Part shown: positions 13,661-24,971 of the stretch, piece by piece | How the letters are laid out: every line of letters starts with the position of its first letter | Numbering within the stretch: the stretch's first letter is position 1 | DNA from: Eledone cirrhosa | Taxonomy: Eukaryota | Length of the DNA stretch: 64,000 nucleotides | Direction of reading: 5' to 3' | NCBI GenBank assembly: GCA_964016885.1 | Contig: OZ024740.1 | Coordinates: 409,014,001-409,078,000 of the forward strand | The notes under the pieces: model-generated | What the model saw: the letters and a program-made list of their open reading frames with translations, nothing else | Told to the model about the DNA's origin: nothing | Databases searched by the model: none | Program-made: the position numbers and the translations under genes

Positions 13661-13806
13661 GTATATGTATATATATATCTCCGTGTGTATATGTGTATAT
13701 ATATATATATGTATATGTAGGAGGTGAGTTTTATTGTAGCACAATAAAGCAATGCAAATATCGGATAAGTAACACTCAACAGTTTATTGGACTGGAGTAT
13801 ATATAA

Positions 13807-13970
13807 GAAGAAATTAAAAGACGGTTAGAAAAGTTCCATGTATTTTATTATGCACATTTCAAAAACAAATATCATCCTGGGAACGCAAATATCGTCCCAG
13901 GGTGATATTTGTTTTTGAAATGTGCATAATAAAATATATGGAACTTTTTTAACCATCTTTTAATTTCTTC
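13807..13970. repeat. Imperfect palindrome flanked by TA repeats, probably a decayed PLE pLTR inversion
   Basis: Arms of about 75 bp around a loop at 13882-13895; degenerate GATGA...GAAA tgtgca TA. Confidence 0.7.
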
Positions 13971-14199
13971 ATATATATATAGTAATAATAATAAATTTGA
14001 AGAATAAAATCCAAACGGCTTGAGCTCTGCCGTCGGGGTCATACTTTTTCCTATTTCCCACTCTACTACCCTAAGTATTGAGTACTCTGGTGCGTTATGG
14101 TCCATCTGGTTCCTTACCACAATTCCTTTGTTATATATATATATATATATATATAAACACACATAAGATGATGCTGATGATGATATATATATTAGATAT

Positions 14200-14427
14200 T
14201 ACTAGTTAAATGACTAGCAGGGCCATTATTCAACTTGATACCTGAATATTTTAATTAGAGTGTAGTTGTTATTCATTACATGTAAACCTGGCAGTCAAGC
14301 TTAAACTGTTTTGATTGTTAAATAACATTTAATCTTTATTCAATCATAGAAATGGGTTAAGCTTGACCATCAAGTTTACATATGTCATGTGTTGTATTGG
14401 TTAGCTCATTTCACGTCTAACTAGTAT
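14200..14427. repeat. Degenerate foldback (MITE-like) element
   Basis: Inverted matches tactagtta/taactagta and tgtaaac..gtcaagcttaa/ttaagcttgac..gtttaca. Confidence 0.5.
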
Positions 14428-16300
14428 GGTTACAAGGACCCAAGTTACTTTGTACAGAATGATTTCAAATGTGAAATGGAATTGAATGAAAAGATTTCTA
14501 AGTTACCTAGAATTGATAATTTTAAAATTGTATTTTTTTTTCTTTTCCTGCAAAGGTATGCAAGGTTGCCTCTAGTTCTTTTTATAGGCATTGCTTGTTT
14601 TTAAATACTTATATTTAAATAAAAACCTTCATAATTTTATGCATCAATCTTGCATTATATTCTGAAAACTATTTTAATCTAGAAATAAATGTAAAAGCTA
14701 ATTATTTTACTAAATGCAATGAAATTTGTGATTGTCAAAATCAATAGAAGATACATATTATGTGTATTTCATGAGAAATAAGGTAACAAACTCTTAACAA
14801 AACTCTTTCTTTGTGCTTGAAGTAGTTTTTGAACACATTTGTTAATAAACATTTGTTAATGCTTCAACGTTATCTCCAGTACAGAATCTGTAAAAATAAT
14901 TTTGGAACATAATATTTTAATACAATGTTTTACAAAATGTAATGAAACAAAAGATAATTCACTTCACTTCTCCCTTAACTTTCCAAGGTCATGGGGTTTC
15001 AGTTTAGGCTGTGTATCTTGGGCAGATAGCCAGCTAGAGCCCATAAATCTCCTGGGTTGACCAAGACTGATTTTAGGTGGTTCACTCTGGTCATGGACAT
15101 GTGGCTATTGAGTTTCTTCTAGGACACATGTCTGCACTGGCTGTTGATTCCAAAAACAGTATTTCATCCACCCAGTGATGTCATGTCAACACCAGCACCT
15201 CACACTTTTAGCTTGCTAGCTGCAGTGGTCTACATTAAAAGCCTAAAGTAAGAGCTTTAGGAGGGTGGATGAGGACAGGTGAGCCTGTCCACTCTCAAGG
15301 AATGCAACTGTCAGACATCAAAAGACATTACTTCTGTTCAGAGCCCTTTACTCTCTGGAATTGAAATAACATTTCTCAAATCCCTTCACTGTGTTTTTAA
15401 AAGATACAGTATTGTCAAGTATTCAAATAACTATATTGAAATAAATATATATATATATTCTCTATTTCATGCATTTTCCACTTCTGCTATAATTTACCTT
15501 ATTATTAACTCGTTATTAAAGGTATTTCCTGTTTGATGTGATTCAGGCTGGTGTTATCTTTTTAGTTTTTATCTTTCTGACATCTGGTGGTATGTTGCTC
15601 CACCTCTTCATTTTCATTTGTAGATAAGAGCATTATCTTATTTTTCTAAATTTCAGTGATAGGTTAATCTATTTGGTATTATTTAGAGTGTCCTAGTTTT
15701 TATTTACAATGTCTTTTCATTGATGCCTTAAAGCATTCTCTTTCTATTTACTTGTACACTTCCACATGCTACTGTTCCTTTCTCCCCAAAATTTTCAGAA
15801 TAAATCAGAGAAAACTATTCAATTCCCAAACACGTCATTTATTAACATAAAATACCTTCTTTTTCAATTTCAACTTTATTAATGATATAAGGAATACTAA
15901 TGTCTATAGTCTAGAGTAATATTGAAACATTTTCTTTCCCTATTTTCAATACCTTCAAATAGCACATCAAAAGATGCTAGTAATAGTTGCAAAATGTTTT
16001 TGATTATTCAGTATAAGAAATTGTTATGGCTACTAAATTTATAAATCAGTAAAAAAAACAACACAGTTTTTCAATGTGTGTAATCACAATATATTTTGTA
16101 ATTCACCAAATGTGAGCATTTCTTTTTCTTTTTTTGCATGATTTATCTTGTTTAACATTCTTCAACACCATTTTAGTTATTGTGAGTCATCTCATGATCA
16201 TGACTTAAGGATTAGTTCACATAAAGGGGTGGATATGGCACAAGCTACATCTCAATTACTTGATATGTGTTTTGTCTATACACAGTTTGTGATCTATATA

Positions 16301-16633
16301 CAGGCACATGGCTTAGTGGTTAGAGCATTCGCCTTGCAATCGAAAGGTTGTGAGTTCAATTCTCAGACCGGGTGATGTGTTGTTTCCTTGAGCAAGACAC
16401 TTTATTTCACATTGCTCCAGTTTACTCAGCTGTAGAAATGAGATGATAGGGACTGGGTTCCGTATCATTCCACTGCAAAGTGGTCGTGGAGGTGTCACGG
16501 CAAAAAAGCACCCAGCACTCACTGTAAATGAGGTTGGTGTTAGGAAGGGCATCCAGCTGTAGAAATCAAGCCAAAATCAGTTCCTGTCCCACCCTTGCAA
16601 GCAGGGAAAAGCGGACGTAAAATGAAATGATGA
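16301..16633 (+). mobile_element. SINE family A with an RTE-derived 3' tail
   Basis: tRNA-like head, family A body, then gttggtgttaggaagggcatccagctgtagaaa shared with the RTE 3' UTR. Confidence 0.8.
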
Positions 16634-16635
16634 TA

Positions 16636-17505
16636 CAGGGTGCGGGCGATATTTGTTCGCAAGATTACTGTCTAGGAAAAAATAACACAGTAGTTTTATT
16701 TTTTAAGATTTATTTATCAAACTTGGGTCAGTTTGTCTTCATGGCTTGTTCTTTCAAGCTCACTCGATAAACCCGCCATTGGCTTTGATGACGGCCTCTA
16801 GGCGGCCTCGGAACCGGCTACAGGCCTTCGTCAATGTCCCCCGACTTATGCCCCTAAAGGCACTTGTGATCCTGGCCTTCAGATCGTCTTTCGTATTGCA
16901 GCTAGATCTGTTGGTGTCTCGTTCCACTGCGCCCCACACAAAGAAGTCGAGGGGGTTGCAGTCAGGTGAGCTGGGAGGCCAGATGTCAGGTGAAGTGTGG
17001 TCGATGAAGTTCTCTGACAGCCAGGCTTGGGTCTTTCGGCTGGTATGGCAGGGCGCTGAGTCTTACTGCCACACGTACGGCCTACCTGCAGCTACCTGGT
17101 CGATCCAGGGCTTTACTACCTCGCTCAGAATGCGGATGTAGCCATCGGTGTTCAGCTTGAGGCCCTCAGGGAAGAAGTGAGGTGGCATGACGACACCCAA
17201 GACCAATGTTGTCGCTGGAAACTTTGTCTGCATGACTCTGGGCACGTCTTTGGATGAAGACAGCGAGCCACCTGTTCTGGGAGTTGATCTTCTGGTCTTA
17301 TTTGTCCTCCAGGCGCGGATCCAAGAAGAACTCCGTGTCTCTTCCACAAATTTGGAGGTTCAAAATTATTCATAATCAATTATTCTGAAAATAAATAATG
17401 GAAATAAAGTCACTGTTTTTATGAAGACAAGAGTGACAACGGAAGTAAAAAAAATTTGCTTAAAATTAGCAGTTGAAAATTGTGAACAAATATCGTCCGC
17501 ACCTG
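16636..17505 (-). mobile_element. Internally deleted Tc1/mariner-superfamily DNA transposon, DD37D (maT-like)
   Basis: TA target duplications; TIRs cagggtgcgggcgatatttgttcgcaa / ttgtgaacaaatatcgtccgcacctg; minus-strand YVWQ*DSAPCH...WPPSSPDCNPLD with 37 residues between the two Asp; ends ANGGFIE*. Confidence 0.9.
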
Positions 17506-18194
17506 TATATCATTGAAGTATTTGTATCAGCTTATGATCATAAGGTTTGGGGTTTTGTTTTACTGGACCAAGCAGTGTGTTGAGTCCTTCAACAAGACAC
17601 TTCATTTCACATAACTTTCCATGATATGACTGAGGCCCCTGTCATTAAAACATCTGATAAAGCGATGAAATACAACAACATAAAAAACTAGTTATACCTA
17701 GATGTGATTTCCAAATTTCATTTTCATTTTTCATACCATTACATTTGGTGAATATATATTGATTTAGATAAAGTCAACCTGGTGTTGATCAATAAATAAT
17801 CACTGGGCTGGCTTTGTTTACTGAAGATAATTATGTTGAATTTTGTTAGGAATATGTTAAGAGAGTGAACAATGAATAAACTGGCTTTATTCATTTTTTA
17901 TGTTTGTTGTGTAGTATATAGTATAATTTGTAGTTTTATGTATTTGTATGTATATTTCTGGCAATGTAGCTTGCGACAACTTCTTTATATAAAAACTGTA
18001 ATCCTTTGCAAAACTTGTAAAATGTTTACATTCTTATATGATTCTATGACAAGTAACCACTGATATCATTAGATTTGAGTAACAACAAATAAATTGCTAA
18101 TGACGAGATTAATGTTGGACAATAATGAAATTGAGATTGAGGATGCCAAATTAGAGACGTTGAGGAGATGGACAACGAAAACTTTACTGGGGGA

Positions 18195-18434
<240 letters not shown>

Positions 18435-18439
18435 GAGCT

Positions 18440-18610
18440 GATCATCAGATTGGGACTTAGAAAACAATATTTCACATTGATTTTTCCATTGCAGTTAATA
18501 TCTGCCAGGCAGAAAGAACAATGTGAAATGGAGTATTTTGCACAACACATTGTCTGGTCCAGGAATCGAACCCACAACATTGTGGGTCACGGGTCCAACA
18601 CTCTAACCAT
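18440..18610 (-). mobile_element. SINE family A, reverse copy
   Basis: caatgtgaaat..gt.ttttgcacaa..aggaatcgaaccc..ctctaaccat is the reverse complement of the family A head and body. Confidence 0.65.
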
Positions 18611-18639
18611 TATGTGTATGTGTGTGTGTATATATATAG

Positions 18640-19042
18640 TGAAAAATGGAACGGGAACAAAACAGAGAGGCAGTACGAACAAAGGTTTATTAGTTTCACA
18701 CTCTTGGGAGTAGGGGGGTGGGGAACAACGTTTCGGGCATAAGCCCTTCTTCAGGCAAAAAGTGTGTGGGAAGAGAGTTCCGAGGGTGTGTAGGGGAGTG
18801 GAGGAGAGATATTTAGAAAAAAAAAGGGGGGGGGGGGAAACGGTGGAAGGGGTACAAATAAAAATAAATATAAAAAAATAAAAATAAAAATAAACATGAA
18901 GATAAACAAGTGGTGGAAGGGTGTGGGGCGTGTAGGGGTGGTGGCGGGCGGGGTGTCCGAGCGGGGAAGGCTGAAGGTGGTGTAACGTGTGTGTGTGTGT
19001 GTGTGTATGTGAATGTGAGAGTTGGGGGAAGAACGAGGTTCC
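18640..19042 (-). mobile_element. PLE pLTR-like fragment with a short HHR motif (minus strand CTGAAGA-a-gggc-ttat-gccc-GAAA-cgttg, 18725-18754)
   Basis: Core motif seen directly; (TA)n on both sides. Confidence 0.65.
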
Positions 19043-19263
19043 ATATATATATATATATTTATACTGACTCCATCTGTGATGACTAGTCCCACCCCCAGCT
19101 AGCATGGGAAGCAGGCATTAAATGATGATGATAGTGTGTGTGTATATATATTTATATATATTTATATATATATATATATATATCTTAAACATATATTGAT
19201 GATGATGATGATGATATATATGCAAGTGTAATGACATTTGTAGACAAACCATCGGAGTGTTGA

Positions 19264-19449
19264 GTGCGTGGAAATTTTTAGGAAATATAGGAAATCTCAA
19301 ATGCAGAAAATAATTGAACACAGTTGATTGTTATAATAGCTTAGAAAATCAGGTAAAATGCCCCTATTGAAATCTATAGGGGTAATATAGCAATCAACTT
19401 GTGTTCAGTTATTTTTTGCATTTGAGATTTTCTAACTTTCCCAAGGATA
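19264..19449. repeat. Imperfect inverted repeat (MITE-like)
   Basis: aaatctcaaatgca.aaaataa.tgaacaca.gttgattg.tata mirrored by tata.caatcaac.tgtgttca.ttatttt.tgcatttgagattt. Confidence 0.75.
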
Positions 19450-19454
19450 TGTAT

Positions 19455-19829
19455 ATCATCATCACCATCATTGTTTTTATGTCTGCTTTTCCATGCTTGT
19501 GTGGGTTAGACAGGTCCTTCCCAGCATAGCATCACCTCCATTTTCCATGTTCTTTTGTCATCTCCTCCATGGGTCTCAGTGATTTAGCGGCATTTCTTAA
19601 CCCAACGATCATCATCCATGCGCATCACATGTCCATACCAATGCTATCTTCACTCCTGCACCCCACCTAAGATTTCTCTTAAACTCAGCTTTTCCAAGCT
19701 CTACCTTTCTCTCACACTTACATTGCACATCCAATGAAGCACGTTGCTTCATTTCTCTCCCACTCTACGCATGTCCCATGCAGTCAACCGCTCATGTTTT
19801 ACTACCATGCAGCATCACATCTTCACACA
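19455..19829 (-). mobile_element. Degenerate RTE 3' fragment
   Basis: Reverse strand reads WYGHVMRMDDDRWVKKCR-like text, followed by a (CAT)n end. Confidence 0.7.
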
Positions 19830-20029
19830 NNNNNNNNNNNNNNNNNNNNNNNNNNNNNNNNNNNNNNNNNNNNNNNNNNNNNNNNNNNNNNNNNNNNNNN
19901 NNNNNNNNNNNNNNNNNNNNNNNNNNNNNNNNNNNNNNNNNNNNNNNNNNNNNNNNNNNNNNNNNNNNNNNNNNNNNNNNNNNNNNNNNNNNNNNNNNNN
20001 NNNNNNNNNNNNNNNNNNNNNNNNNNNNN
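19830..20029. other. Assembly gap (200 N)
   Basis: Run of N. Confidence 1.
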
Positions 20030-20439
20030 CTGATGGTTAAGGAAGCATTCTTTAAACCAGCCCTCCAACATTCTGACATGTTTCGACCTCCTGTTGTTGG
20101 ATGTAACTTCAGCCTCACAGATGACTGTAGGTGTGTTACACTATTGTTGAAAAGGGCATGATTTCAGCTTTCTGCAAGAGCATCTGAATAGGGGAGACCT
20201 CATGGGGTTGGTGGTGATGTGGGCTTTCATATTTTTAGCACAGGATATCCAAATTCCACCCTGTGTCTATTAAATATAGATCTGTATTTATGCCCTATAG
20301 GGAAGTGCTTTTCCAGGAGCACTAGGAATTTCTTACCTACATTAGTTCTAACTCCAAGTGAGAAGGGTGGGCAGAAGTAAATTATTTTTTTTTATTTCTA
20401 TTTTTCTTTCTACTGGTAATGTGATTAGGAGGGAGAATA

Positions 20440-23060
20440 TATATATAAAATTGGTCGTTTTGGAAGCCGCAACAATGCAGATGGGTAAATCTCTGGGTAA
20501 CAGAATCAGGTGATAATGAGAGAGAGAGAGAGATGTAAGAGGAAATGTAGAATGAGATGTATAGGGTGTAGAGGAACGTAGGAAAGAGTGTAAAAATAAT
20601 AATTACCTTGGAAGTGATTTAATTGTCCCTATATTTCGGATTTCGCATCCATCATCTGGGGGTTTTCCAAGGGGAAAAGTTTTTAGTTGGATAGGGACAA
20701 CACATGGCCTCTGTTGTTTATCGTGTGCATACAACTGTATATATATATAAACTTAAAATACATGGCAACCAAGCTTGTGATTTCATTATGATGATATCCG
20801 ATTAATCATAAATTACACTTCCGTGTACCACCAGCCTTCATCCTTTATGAAATAACATATATTCTTCCAAGGTCTTGCTTACTTCCCACGTTGAATCATT
20901 TCGAAAAAAAAAAAAAAAAAATGTTTTTTCCCTATTTAGGAGAGTCTCCCCCCCCCCCCCCATTGGGGAGTTTTTCTTTCTTTCTTTTTTTTTTTTGCAT
21001 GTTGGATGCATTTGTTTTTTTTGTCTGCTATAGTACATGGGTGTGAAAGGATGTTTCACTCATGATCAAGTTGATTTTCCCGCTTGTCTAGCGGGCACCA
21101 TTGTTGTAACAGCTATCTGGTGGGTGTGGTTTGGGGCGTATCTGTTCTGATGTGGAGGCCAGAAGTGCAGGACGAATTTTGTGCAGTGTGGGCAAGTTTT
21201 CCATAGTTAACTTCTGGTATTAAGGCAGGCATTAGGATCTAATGAGTTCATCAGTATTAGCCACCTAGCAATGCTGCAGAACCAACATTTCCTTTAATAA
21301 AAGGTATGCATCTTTCTGCAATCTTCCAACTGATGTTCTGTTTCACAGTGTCCTCTTTCAGTTTCCAGGCTTAATTGGAGAGTTTTGTTTTGTTCCTTTT
21401 CTCCAGGTCACAGAACAATGCCATATGGTTATTATAGCGCTCTTTGAACTACTGCTCTGTGAGCCTAGTTTATCATTTGAGGTTTGTTGCCTTGATTTTT
21501 GTTTTTACAGGCCCCATTTAGTGGGCATGTATCTCTGTTCCTACAACAGCACCAAGTAAAATTAGGTAGTGGGGCGGTTTCTTGGTTATTTTTCTTTTGA
21601 AGTTGAGCGTGGTATGAAAATTGATCGTAAGGTTATGCTTGTTAAATAGCTTCCTGTATGTGTGGTTATATGGGCGATGTTTGTCTATTAGAGATAGGAA
21701 TGTTCTGCCAATGTTGGTTTTGACATTCTGTGAGAAGGATGACATGAACCAGATAGTATTTCGGCTTCTATTTCTCTTTGGTTGTGTAGACCCAGGGCTG
21801 TAATTAATTTGTTCCTTAAAACCGTTTGCTTCTAGGTCATCATTGTAGAGAGGACTGCTTTGTTAAATATATCTCTGCTAGATGAGAGGTTGGAAATTCT
21901 CTTACTTATGCCTTTGAGCAGAATTTTGAACACTATTGGGGTTGCTTGGTGAAAGAATCCAACTTTTATGTAGGACAACCTGTAATTCGATTTTCTATAA
22001 GGTTTGTATTCATTATTCTGTATGTCTAGGGTTACATTCTATGGACAGGTTAACTTTGATAGAGAATTTTAAGTAAAAGGATCTCAATGTTTTTTTAATA
22101 TATTCTTAATCTGTCTGCATTGCTGGCTATTGCTCAGGCACTGTCTTTGTATAGACTCAAGCATACAGCTGGGTACAGGTCGCCTAAGGTATTCAGTATG
22201 TATAAGCCAACCGAATCACATATGCTTCAAACAAACTCATGCTAACATCAAAGGATCTGTTTGAGTTGGTCTTTTTTACTCATTCTGTACCTTCATTGAA
22301 GAAGAGTGTTCTCACATAATATAATAACCTTGCAGTCCTCATGATTCTGTTGCCAAAATCTAGTGGAGATGGAACGGTAAAAGTGTACAATATCTCATTG
22401 AATAAACTTGGCCCTCCTCTTATTGCTGATACTTATACACTGGGTAATTGCTGGCTTTGTGCCTAACGTAGAAGCAATTATTATCTAATTACCACCTCAC
22501 TGTTTGTTCACTGCTCTAGGTTGGTGGCCTTAATGTTGATATTAATGTTCCTTTATATAATTTTCCTAACTACGCTGATTTCTGATTTGGATGGTATTAA
22601 TCTACACTTAGGGTTGGAGGTGAAGTTATCTTTATGGTCGTTAATGACTATAAAATGCTATTTGCTTCAACTTTCTGTTGATACTATCATAGGTCTTTGG
22701 TTTAGCTGTCATATAGTTGTTAGTGATGCTATTTTTCAGTAAATGGCTGTAGGTGCTTCTGTCTACTTGGCAAATGTTTTTAATTTGATGATTTTATATT
22801 GTGAATGTTGTTTTTAAAGATGTTTTAAAAGGCATTAGAGGACTTTCAAAAGGCATTAGAGGACTTAACTTTGGGACTATATTCAGTAGGTTTGCTTCAA
22901 ACCCTTCCAATCCTTTGATTTTTGTGGGAAATTTCATGATTTAATTTATTGTGTGGACTGTCATGCGAGGTATCGTAGAAAAAAGCCTACTACCTCATGC
23001 TTATAACAAAATCTATTATTTCATCCATTAGCCTCCTAGCATAATGTTCGTTTGATGGTG
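20440..23060 (-). mobile_element. Decayed Penelope-like element (RT and GIY-YIG relic) with a 3' pLTR HHR-like motif
   Basis: Minus-strand peptide TIWFMSSFSQNVKTNIGRTFLSLIDKH resembles the PLE IWFNPPFS..VKTNIG..FL.LIDKHF motif; DSVGLYIL, YRKSN, FKERYNNH and INWKI fragments; cccc-CAGATGA-tggat-gcgaa-atcc-GAAA-tata-ggga at 20625-20662. Confidence 0.8.
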
Positions 23061-23079
23061 TAGAGCAAACAGTATGTAT

Positions 23080-23118
<39 letters not shown>

Positions 23119-23123
<5 letters not shown>

Positions 23124-23285
23124 TGTAAATGTGGTTGGTGTTAGGAAGGGCATCCAACTGTAGAAAACCCGCCAGACAGTCCTATGCGAGCAAGACAACC
23201 ACTCTTGCCTCAAGTGGGAAAACCCCCGTCCAAACCCATGCAAGCGTGGAACACGGACGCTAAACCTGATGATGATGATGATGAT
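23119..23285 (+). mobile_element. RTE LINE extreme 3' fragment with (GAT)n tail
   Basis: Nearly identical to 7267-7427. Confidence 0.85.
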
Positions 23286-23286
23286 A

Positions 23287-23379
23287 TATTGAGTAAAATG
23301 ACAGGAGGCCAGGCGGGTGAAATTTCTTCAAAGCTTGAAGGAATTTCACCAGTCTGGTCTCCTGTCATTTTACTCAATA
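23287..23379. repeat. 93-nt near-perfect hairpin
   Basis: tattgagtaaaatgacaggag..ggtgaaatt.cttcaa pairs with ttgaag.aatttcacc..ctcctgtcattttactcaata. Confidence 0.9.
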
Positions 23380-24192
23380 ATAATTAACTCCGTTCTCATA
23401 CCACCAACAAGATTCAACATCAAAGATGGATGAGTTGTGTAACATTCAGTGATTTTCCTACTATTACATCATGGTTAACTTTACGGAATGACCAGTTGTA
23501 TCCAGTGGTGAACCACCAAACTTAAATGAATAAATATGTATATAAATCAAACATACACACACACACATAAATATCTTCATAAATATTTTTATGGTATGCA
23601 TGTTTACATATAAATATTAAATACACACTTACACTATTATTATTTTTCTAGATCACTTCTTCTCAAATTTGTCAGAACCCATAAACATTTTTTTTATAAT
23701 ACAGAATCAATAACCATATTTTAATAACACATACATTAAATGAGCCGATTTATTTATATATATATATTAAAAAATTCACATAATAATTTTTATTTTATTT
23801 AAAAATTAAATATTGTCAAAAGATACATTATTGCACAGAACTTTAAGGTTCCCTGGAACCTACGTTGGAAAACACTTCTCTATAGAGTGGTCTCTGTAGT
23901 CTGCACTGACAGGCATTGTCAATGTATTTGATGAGTATATACTGATACAGCACTGATTTCATGATTGAGATTTCAGATTTGAAGTTGTAAAGCTCTGTCC
24001 CATTGAAAATGTTTGGTTCACTCTAAAGCTACTTTACCTGAAAAGGATGAATTTCCATTTTTTTAAATTTATTTATTTATTTTTTTTTTTTAATATACTA
24101 TACTTTGTGTTCCACTTCATATATAAACAAATCTACTCAAGACATACCTTGATGGTGTTTTTCTCTTTATGAACAAAATTGTGCATTATTTT

Positions 24193-24372
24193 GGATTGGC
24201 AGTATCGGTAGAGGGTCGGACGCCATGCTTTGACGCATAGAGTTACGGCCCTTGCCATTCTGAGTTCAAATCCCGCCGAGGTAAACTTTGCCTTTCATCC
24301 TTACAGGGTTGATAAAATAAAGTACCAGTAATGCGCTGGGTAATTAGGCCTTGTGCCAAAAGTAGAAACAAT
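24193..24372 (+). mobile_element. SINE family B
   Basis: Nearly identical to 60112-60296; gagttcaaatcc B-box-like motif; gcctttcatcc..gataaaataaagtaccagt body. Confidence 0.85.
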
Positions 24373-24792
24373 TATTTTATATTTGTCTGTCTTCGGCTTG
24401 TGTGTGTGTGTGTGTGTGCGTGTGTATGTGTGTTAATTATGTCTTGATTTAATTTCTGTCCCTTTTTTTTTTTTTTACATTACATGTTTATATGTATATT
24501 TATGCATGTGTGTGTGTACATGTCTGTATAATATATATATATACACGTTCTTGTATAGATATGTGTGTCTGTACATACAGAGAGAAAGAGAGTAGATATC
24601 TATAATGTAGACAGTTAAGATTTTGTAATACAATATAAACTTAATTTTACACATTTACACGTATGACATAGGATGACAAAAACAAACAAAAATATCTACG
24701 GGAGTTAAACCATGAGTATTTTAGCAAGCACTTAACAAACCAGCTTGAAGCAAACTAACTACTAGTTATTCATATGTGTGTGTGTATGTGGA

Positions 24793-24826
<34 letters not shown>

Positions 24827-24971
24827 GGGAAATGTGTAAAATCTTTGGTACAGTAGGTATATTTTTAAAAAAAGGAAAAAATGACTTCACTTGTTGGTAT
24901 TATAAACAATTTAATTTTTGATTTTTTAATTTAACAATTTTATAATAAATATATATATATATATATATATT

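Noticed and set aside
12712-13779. Host protein-coding gene
   Set aside because: Truncated RTE ORF2 whose apparent N-terminus runs into microsatellite.
19734-20161. ORFs spanning the N run
   Set aside because: Artifacts of the assembly gap.
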